Assembly (NCBI GenBank): GCA_965644495.1
Contig: CBFFSA010000063.1
Location: forward strand, 1-41,569
Source: Perkinsela sp. CCAP 1560/9
Taxonomy: Eukaryota; Protista; Euglenozoa: Kinetoplastea
DNA length: 41,569 bases
Reading direction: 5' to 3'
Shown here: piece after piece, positions 34,310 to 41,569 of the stretch
How the letters are laid out: the number at the start of each line of letters is the position of its first letter
How positions within the stretch are numbered: position 1 is the first letter of the stretch
Notes under the pieces: model-generated
Seen by the model: the letters and a program-made list of their open reading frames with translations, nothing else
Told to the model about the DNA's origin: nothing
The model's database searches: none
Translations under genes and position numbers: made by a program

Positions 34310-35328
34310 ATCTCAATATCGGATTTAACTTCATCCATTAACACTACATGACTAAAATCAGCTTCCCGAAAATCAACTATTTTTAGAACAATTTTAACAA
34401 ACCGCGTTTGATAAAAATAAGCATGTTGAAAACAAAGTTCGCTGCCTCTTAAGGCTTTAAAATGCGCATAAGAAAAGTTAGCATAATCAAATTGAATGTT
34501 GCGGCAACGTGCCATATCCAGGTATGCCTTAACAAAGCTAGCGCTGGCAAAATTAACATCGTTGCAGTTTAAATTAAGATTTGCATTGTTAAAACAACAA
34601 AATTGAAAACGAGTGCCTTGTATAGTAGTAGTACTATCTATATGGGAATATGGCAAATTCTGATTAGAAAAGTTAAGCCCACTGATATCTAATTCGGAAA
34701 AATTGCTATGAGCAAGCTCAATATAAGGCTGATTTAAACCTAGCAAATCCTCATAAGTTTCAATCACCAAAGAAAACTTACTGTTATCATTAGTTTTAAT
34801 AATATATTTTTCACGCGAATTTTTGCCCGTCATTAACGCAAGTGCAGCACGACGACGAAACAATTCATTGTCACACATTAGATATGTCATTAGCAAACTG
34901 CGCGCACAATCACAAACTTTTTCTCTAGGTGAAACAGCGCCGGCCGCAAGATGGTTATCCGGGCGAAAACCAGCATAGGTAAGCAATGCTTTTTGTGTAT
35001 CGGGAGTTAATTGGCTAAAACCGACAGGTGCTGACGGTTTAGTCGTCACATCGTAGCATGTTAGCAATACATGTTCTGTGATAAATCGCCATTCTTCACC
35101 GACGTTCCCTTCAAAACTAGGAGAGTTTGAATATTGGCGTAACTTAGCCAATATATCTGCTTGTTGTAATACATACTGACGGTACTGCCATAATGGTGCG
35201 CCATCAATATTACGTTGATAATTAGCTAATGGCAAAAAATACTGTGTTAACGCTTGCTGGATTAACTCTATAAGATTACTATTTTTAGTAGGGGATGTCT
35301 GATCCATATCACATAAGTCCTTGTACAT
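34297..35328 (-). CDS. Bacterial pentapeptide-repeat protein, 3'-truncated; last codons and stop come from LINE sequence
   Basis: Repeats ANLNL, VNFAS, ASFVK, ANFSY, AHFKA, AYFYQ, ADFSH. Intronless. Bases 34297-34309 match A ORF1. Confidence 0.8.
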   Translation of the reverse strand: MYKDLCDMDQTSPTKNSNLIELIQQALTQYFLPLANYQRNIDGAPLWQYRQYVLQQADILAKLRQYSNSPSFEGNVGEEWRFITEHVLLTCYDVTTKPSAPVGFSQLTPDTQKALLTYAGFRPDNHLAAGAVSPREKVCDCARSLLMTYLMCDNELFRRRAALALMTGKNSREKYIIKTNDNSKFSLVIETYEDLLGLNQPYIELAHSNFSELDISGLNFSNQNLPYSHIDSTTTIQGTRFQFCCFNNANLNLNCNDVNFASASFVKAYLDMARCRNIQFDYANFSYAHFKALRGSELCFQHAYFYQTRFVKIVLKIVDFREADFSHVVLMDEVKSDIEIVPR

Positions 35329-35380
35329 TGATTGTCAAAGATGATGTGTATCATTTCTGGTATATTAACTAGGCTGCAAA

Positions 35381-38289
35381 TCAGATAAACCTAGCTTCTC
35401 CTTCTACCTGCTTATTATCCTGGGATGATGATGCAGCTTCCCCTTCTACAAACCGACGATGATGGATAGGCGAACCACTAGCTGATAATAAGTTAGCAGA
35501 TTGTCCCGACTGCCATACCAATGATGATGAATGAGAATGTGGGTAACTTGAGCTGCTACTGCTGGAAGACGAACTTGATGGTGATGTATGTTGCCCAGAT
35601 CCTTGCGCGATATCCCGATCTAACTCAGCCATTAAGCGATCATATTCTAGCTGGGTTGCAATGCTTAAGTGATTGGCACATGTCTGTGATGCTGAATTAA
35701 ATTGGCTTAACTCATCAGGTTGCATCACAATCATCTGTTGCACAACGTTTTGTGCTTTGTTGTGAAACATTTCACCCCGTTCCGGATGGTTAAGCAAGGT
35801 CGTCAGTGATTGACTGCCTTGTATTGGCGTATTCAGTGCTGAAAGATTAAATAGTAGTATATTATGGGCCAGTTCCCACTCCTCTGCACGTAACGCAATA
35901 TTAATCAAGGTATCAGCGCCGCCATCTTTTGCATTATCAACCGGAATAGCTTGTGTAGGATTACTCAGCACCTTTTGCAATATTTTATCTGACTTTTGCG
36001 AGTTATCAATTTGTTTACGCATTAACTTGAAACTGTTGTTCACTGTTTGCTGTAAACGCGCCTCTAAACTAAACGGTAATAACGTGTTAAGACAAGCACC
36101 GATTACGTCTGCATGAGTGGCAAAAAAAACCTTTAGGCAATTTACTTGATTTAGCAGCTGCACCCTCAACTCGTCCTAATAAACGATTATCTACCACAAT
36201 CTGCTGTGAATAATGCATCCGCGTTAAATAAATCTCAAGCAACATTGGCTTGAGTTGATTATCTAAATTACTTTCAATCAACGATTTCTGTTCACCTTCA
36301 CGATTTTGTTCAAATTCCGAATGTTTCGCATAAGGGAACAATATCGGTAAACACACCCCTTGCATTGCAAAATATTGCTGTTGTAAGTTTAGTTGTACCG
36401 TACCATTGAGTAGCTTAGACAAAAAGTCAAATTTCCAAGATGATGAAGTCGGCTTAATAGCAGAATATAAACCTTTACTTACAGAAGTTAGCCCCCCAAT
36501 AATCTGGAAAGATAAGACATAATTCCCTTTAACATAAGCAAGCATGGCCACCTGCAAATACACCCAGAATTTAAATGTAAACGCCACTGGACAATCATTC
36601 TGTTTAATATCCTGAGCAACAAATCTGCCTAGTTGATCACCCCAATGCGTGACCGCTTTGCGTGAAACGACCTCTCGCTTACTATCAAAAAATGCAATTG
36701 CACCCAATCTATGATATTCGGGGTACAAATCTGCATATTTCTTCCAAGCTGCATCACTTAACGTATTAAATGTTGTAATAATAGTTGTCAGCACTTTATT
36801 AGTAAAATAAGGATCAGCACCTTGGGTATTTTGTTTTAATAGATCAGTACAATCCATCACTAAATTATCAACCTTGTTATCATATTTTTGTAGTAATAAT
36901 GCTATATCTTTGTCATTGATTATTGGTAAATAGCGATATAATAATTGCTGATTGGATTGAGGATCAGCAAGCTCTTTCATGATATGCATTAATGAATCAC
37001 GGATGTTTTCAGGGTAAAGCTTATTCTTTTTAATTTCTTGCCTTACTTTTTTGGCAGCTTCACTCGCATCCAATTTCTTAGCTGATAAACCTTTATCAAT
37101 AAACCCTTTTAATGTATATTCTTTCCTCTTATACTGAATACATTCAGCTGTGATGTTAATCTGCTCTGTTGGAGCCAGCTTACGACGTTCATGCAATTCC
37201 TGCTCATAAAACTGTTTGATAGTTGCTAATGGTATTTGACAAAAGTGTCTTAAAAAAGAATATGCTTGATCATACTTAATAGAAATTATATCATTCTGGT
37301 GCTTCACTTCTTTTATCTTTTTATCAGCAGCAACCTGTGAATCACGCGCACTTTTTAAGGTATCTACCCCATACCCATGTTGGCTTAATAAGTTAATTAT
37401 TTTTTCTATCGTATGTGATAATGGCATATTAGTATTAGCACGAGCATCACAGATAATGCGTAAATTATAGCTAGGACTAAATTTACAACGCACAACTCTA
37501 TTAGCATAAGCAGGTGACAAGTGAGCTGTGTTTACTAATGCATTTCTGACATAGCCAGTTAAATAATAGTTAAATGTGTCTCGAGTAATGATTGGTGGTA
37601 ATAATGCTTGATTAATATTATCTAATGCAAAGATACTTGCTTGCTCATCTGACGAGTTATAGCAGGTAATCATTTGATCAAGCATATAACTAACAAACTC
37701 ACCTTGGCTATACCGTGTTCCCGTAAGCACTACCTTGGCATTTTTATCATCATAGAAATGCGTGGAGCCAGACTTACCTCCCCCAATAAGGTATTTCGGA
37801 ATATCAGCATAAGGGTATCCATTACCTTTAGATGTAGACGAAGATTTTTTTTTGCTGAGGGTAAATCTGCTCAGAAGGTTTCACCAAAAAAATGACTGCC
37901 CATCCTTGATGCAAATGCTCACGAATATTACTCAAATCGCGTTTCAGAATAGCTTCTGAAACAGCATTTTTTCCATAATTGTCCCCACCAACCATCGATG
38001 TAGCAATCGGTAATACCCGAGTGCTTTCAGCCACTTCTCGCTGTTCAATTTCCTTGATAACTTTCTTAAATAGCTTACATTGCCCTTTGCCATCTAATTT
38101 TGGCAACGTATCTGTGGCATATCCTTGGTAAAATAAGGTTGCTTGCTCATTATTAGCTGAATAAACAATTGCAATATTAGGAAAATGAGAACGAATCTGT
38201 GCAATCTTATCAAATAACTGACGTGTTATGTTGTCGTTATCTAATTTTGCATAATCTGTTTCAAAACAAACAATAGGATCATTTGCCAT
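35381..38289 (-). pseudogene. ~970-aa candidate secreted effector with a RasGEF/CDC25-like domain, split by two +1 homopolymer frameshifts
   Basis: AGGAG ribosome-binding site (RBS) before the ATG at 38289. Removing one base at 37845-37853 and one at 36122-36129 fuses three track ORFs. Motif WGDQLGRFVAQDI...VAMLAYVKGNYVLSFQIIGGL...CLPILFPY; one ankyrin-like segment; Ser-rich tail. Confidence 0.65.
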
Positions 38290-38934
38290 TGCGTACACTC
38301 CTTTACTTGGCTTAATAGATTACTTTCCATTGTATTATTATATTTGAGAACAAAATCAATTTACTGTTATGTCATAACACACTACAGCAAACTTAGCCTC
38401 AATTCACGTAGAATAAACAAACATAAATGCTTATCTGTTTCCACTCTTGTTGTAATAATTAGATAGGCTATATTTAAATGAGAGCAATTCTCTTCAAAGA
38501 AAAGGGCTACCAACATTGTACCGAATAATGCCAATGCGTCAAACATTTATTTTATAGTCAAAAAATACAGTATTTCATGTTGATGTGGGAGAAATGATGA
38601 TGCAATACTGTATGGCACTGCTGATATTTTATGTTCCAAGCAAACTTAAATGAGAAGCTCATTAAAAGTATCACAAGAACAAACTGTAAAAAGTTATTGA
38701 TGAAAAACAATATATTAACTATTTTAAATCGTGGTGGAAGCTCAGATGAATATCTGATCAACATGCCTTTCTTCAATATGCTAGTCATCATCTACACAAG
38801 TCCTACGCTTTTTGAAAAAAAGTCTATACTCAAACAGGCATGGATAAACAAGATACGACGAAGTGATAACCTCATTCACTGAGTTAATCACCATTGCTAG
38901 TTCTGTCTCAACTGAAACTAAGGAAGGTATTATT

Positions 38935-39396
38935 ATGATTAATGTCTCAAACAAAAAACAACGTGGATTTACGCTGATCGAAATTATTATTGTTATCTTA
39001 TTATTGGCTATTATGACAGCGTTTGCAGTGTCTCGTTTCGCTAGACTAGATGGTAAAGCAAGGCAAAGCACATTAGACGGATTAGAAGCAGCGTTACACA
39101 GTGCTGTTTTATTATCACGTGCCAAATATAAATTAATGGATGATAATACTGTGTCAGAAATAGATATGGATGGAACAATGGTAGCCGTTACTTCAAAAGG
39201 GATCCCATGTGCCTCTGCTGCAGGTATTGGTTCAGCATTATTTAACAGCAATGGGTTTGTAATAGGTACCGATCCGTTAAATAGTTGTAATGGAAATAGA
39301 ACTATTACATTTCAGCCAGAAAAAGGTGGTAATTCAAATTGCCAACTCATTTATAGAGAAAATGGTACTATACAAATTAGATCGACCAATTGTTAG
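38935..39396 (+). CDS. Type IV pilin / MSHA-like prepilin
   Basis: KQRG|FTLIEIIIVILLLAIM prepilin cleavage motif; AAGGAAGG RBS; C-terminal Cys residues. Confidence 0.85.
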   Translation: MINVSNKKQRGFTLIEIIIVILLLAIMTAFAVSRFARLDGKARQSTLDGLEAALHSAVLLSRAKYKLMDDNTVSEIDMDGTMVAVTSKGIPCASAAGIGSALFNSNGFVIGTDPLNSCNGNRTITFQPEKGGNSNCQLIYRENGTIQIRSTNC

Positions 39397-39424
39397 TTAG
39401 TATCACATTTCTTTTCTTAAGCCT

Positions 39425-39461
39425 AGCCCTAGAAATCAATGATTATCTGGGGCTTTTCTTT
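39425..39461 (+). terminator. Probable intrinsic terminator between the convergent pilin and aminopeptidase genes
   Basis: Stem AGCCCTAGA/TCTGGGGCT followed by TTTCTT. Confidence 0.55.
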
Positions 39462-39496
39462 GAAAATACAACATGCTTTAAGTTTATCAACTAACA

Positions 39497-40888
39497 TTAT
39501 TGCTGATAACGATCACAGACAAACTGAAATAATGCCTGTAATCCTTGTGCTTCACCACCTTCAGGGCGTCCTGGTTGAGTAGTGGTATTCCATGCCATAA
39601 AATCAACATGTACCCAGTGGACAGTTGGCTCAACAAAATGCTGCAGAAATAATGCAGCAGTAATTGCACCAGCATATGCTTCAACAGACGCATTTTTAAT
39701 ATCAGCCACTTTACTAGTTAAATAACGTTGATAATCGGTATATAGCGGTAATTGCCACAGTGTTTCTTGTGTAGCACAACTCGCGTTGATCAATTGCATT
39801 GCCGTTGTTTCATCATTGCTAAAAAAACTTGGAATATCAGGGCCAACCGCCACACGTGCAGCACCAGTTAACGTAGCAAAATCCATGATTAAATCAAGTT
39901 TGTCATTATGTGCATAAGATAATGCATCCGCTAAAATCAAACGCCCTTCTGCATCGGTATTGGTGATTTCAACCGTTAATCCTTTATGAGTATTAATCAC
40001 ATCGCTGGGACGATAGGCATCACCACTGATGGCATTTTCCACCATGGGTAATACAACGTGCAAGTGCACCGGCAGTTGATGTGCCATGATTAATTGGGCC
40101 AAACCCACTGTTAATGCAGCACCGCCCATGTCTTTTTTCATCAATAACATGCCATTGCTGGATTTAATACTTAAACCACCACTATCAAAACAGACACCTT
40201 TGCCTATTAATGCTAAACGCGGATGGGTTGGATCACCCCAAGTGAATTCAACTAATCGTGGTGTATGGACACTGGCACGGCCAACTGCATGAATGGCATA
40301 TAAGTCCTTTTTTAGTAATACATCACCCTTAATCTGTTGGCAACTTGCACCAAATGATTTAGCAAGTGTAATGACTTTATCAGCAAAATGATCTGGCATT
40401 AAGTCAGGCGCAGATAAATTAATTAAATCGCGCACGTTGTAATAAGCTTGCTGTATGCAAGTTAATTTTTCTACATCAACGCATTGTTCTAAACACAATA
40501 TAACGTCTTTACTAGAAGATTGTTGGTAATGATCAAAGTGATAAGCACCCAATACCCAACTTATACTTAAGTAAAAATAGTATTCCGCATGTATTGTGTT
40601 ATTAGTTGCACTACCAATGTGGTAATAGCCAGCCGGTAATTGAGTTGGACAATGACCTAATCCCCAACGATCATCGATATTACTTATACCAACCAATACA
40701 CACTTAATTGAACCATCTTGATTTGGGATCAAGCAAGTTGTATACGGCTTTGCGGTAAACTCTGTTGCAATCACCCATTCTTGTATGGGGTTTGATTGTG
40801 TAGAACGCCATGTGTTCAACTGATCTTCTGCCACTAGGAACAATTCAATGCTATCTGGATGACGGGTCTTATCAAAACAATTTACCAT
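39497..40888 (-). CDS. M17 leucyl aminopeptidase (PepB-like)
   Basis: GKGVCFDSGG, MKKDMGGAA, NTDAEGRLILADAL, DFATLTGA; AAGGA RBS. Confidence 0.95.
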   Translation of the reverse strand: MVNCFDKTRHPDSIELFLVAEDQLNTWRSTQSNPIQEWVIATEFTAKPYTTCLIPNQDGSIKCVLVGISNIDDRWGLGHCPTQLPAGYYHIGSATNNTIHAEYYFYLSISWVLGAYHFDHYQQSSSKDVILCLEQCVDVEKLTCIQQAYYNVRDLINLSAPDLMPDHFADKVITLAKSFGASCQQIKGDVLLKKDLYAIHAVGRASVHTPRLVEFTWGDPTHPRLALIGKGVCFDSGGLSIKSSNGMLLMKKDMGGAALTVGLAQLIMAHQLPVHLHVVLPMVENAISGDAYRPSDVINTHKGLTVEITNTDAEGRLILADALSYAHNDKLDLIMDFATLTGAARVAVGPDIPSFFSNDETTAMQLINASCATQETLWQLPLYTDYQRYLTSKVADIKNASVEAYAGAITAALFLQHFVEPTVHWVHVDFMAWNTTTQPGRPEGGEAQGLQALFQFVCDRYQQ

Positions 40889-40898
40889 TCATAATTCC

Positions 40899-41569
40899 TT
40901 AATTAGCTAATGCTTGCTGTGCTGGTACAAATGGCTTCCCTAATGCAGTTGCCACTGCTTCGTGTGTTAATTTCCCTTTATGTACATTTAATCCATTTAA
41001 TAAATGTGGGTCAGCTAATAATGCTTGTTTATAACCTTTATTAGCTAACGCTAACACAAATGGCATGGTTGCATTGTTTAGCGCAAATGTTGCTGTGCGT
41101 GGCACGCAACCAGGCATATTGGCAACACAATAATGGATAACATTATCAACTACGTAGATTGGTTTAGCATGTGTTGTTGGTTTACTTGTCTCAAAACAGC
41201 CGCCTTGATCAATAGCCACATCAACAACGACTGAACCAGCACGCATACGTGATATCATGTTACGTGTCATTAATTGTGGTGCAGCCGCACCTGGTACTAA
41301 TACAGCACCAATGACTAAATCAGCAGTTAATGTATATTCTTCAATAGCTTCTTGAGTTGCATAAATAGTATTTAACTTAGAACCAAACTGCAGATCTAAT
41401 TTTTTTAATCGTGTCAATGACTTATCAAGCACCGTCACTTTTGCTTCCTTACCCATTGCCATGCGCACTGCATTGGTACCGACTACACCACCACCAATTA
41501 CAGTAACTCTGCCAGGTGATACACCAGGCACACCACCTAATAAAATACCCATACCACCACTAGGTTTTT
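40899..41569 (-). CDS. ald: Alanine dehydrogenase (5' part beyond the window)
   Basis: [38 protein letters not shown]. Confidence 0.95.
   Translation of the reverse strand, partial: KPSGGMGILLGGVPGVSPGRVTVIGGGVVGTNAVRMAMGKEAKVTVLDKSLTRLKKLDLQFGSKLNTIYATQEAIEEYTLTADLVIGAVLVPGAAAPQLMTRNMISRMRAGSVVVDVAIDQGGCFETSKPTTHAKPIYVVDNVIHYCVANMPGCVPRTATFALNNATMPFVLALANKGYKQALLADPHLLNGLNVHKGKLTHEAVATALGKPFVPAQQALAN

Noticed and set aside
760-37730. Functional link between the host RapGAP-like gene and the bacterial RasGEF-like gene
   Set aside because: Separated by ~34 kb of TE DNA and a questionable junction; the proximity is probably coincidental.

Overview
The window has three parts. (1) 1-5034: intron-containing genes of an AT-rich eukaryote, probably a protist: a RapGAP-like gene, an EF-hand/coiled-coil gene and a GAPDH-like gene. 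The RapGAP-like and GAPDH-like proteins both lack their catalytic residue. (2) 5102-34309: a nest of mobile elements. An L1/Tx1-like non-LTR family ('A', minus strand; APE endonuclease-RT-CCHC-RNase H) is inserted into itself with a target-site duplication (TSD). A related family ('B', plus strand, intact 1450-aa ORF2) sits inside A with a 14-bp TSD. A third polyadenylated element, a solo LTR and a palindrome-rich short element are also present. Inside B ORF1 lies a ~7.3-kb four-gene cassette that the ORF track splits at in-frame TGA codons. It encodes a protein with a RAG1/Transib-like transposase C-terminal motif, convergent with a TET/JBP-like 2OG-Fe(II) dioxygenase, plus a possible Ulp1-like protein and an unknown gene. 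The elements show strong CpG-to-TpG/CpA decay, which suggests host CpG methylation. (3) 34310-41569: bacterial, Legionellales/Coxiellaceae-like DNA joined without a gap to a LINE copy: pentapeptide-repeat protein, frameshifted RasGEF-like effector, type IV/MSHA-like pilin, M17 aminopeptidase and ald. This is either an endosymbiont-to-nucleus insertion or a chimeric assembly. All homology calls come from motif recognition by eye; no searches were run.
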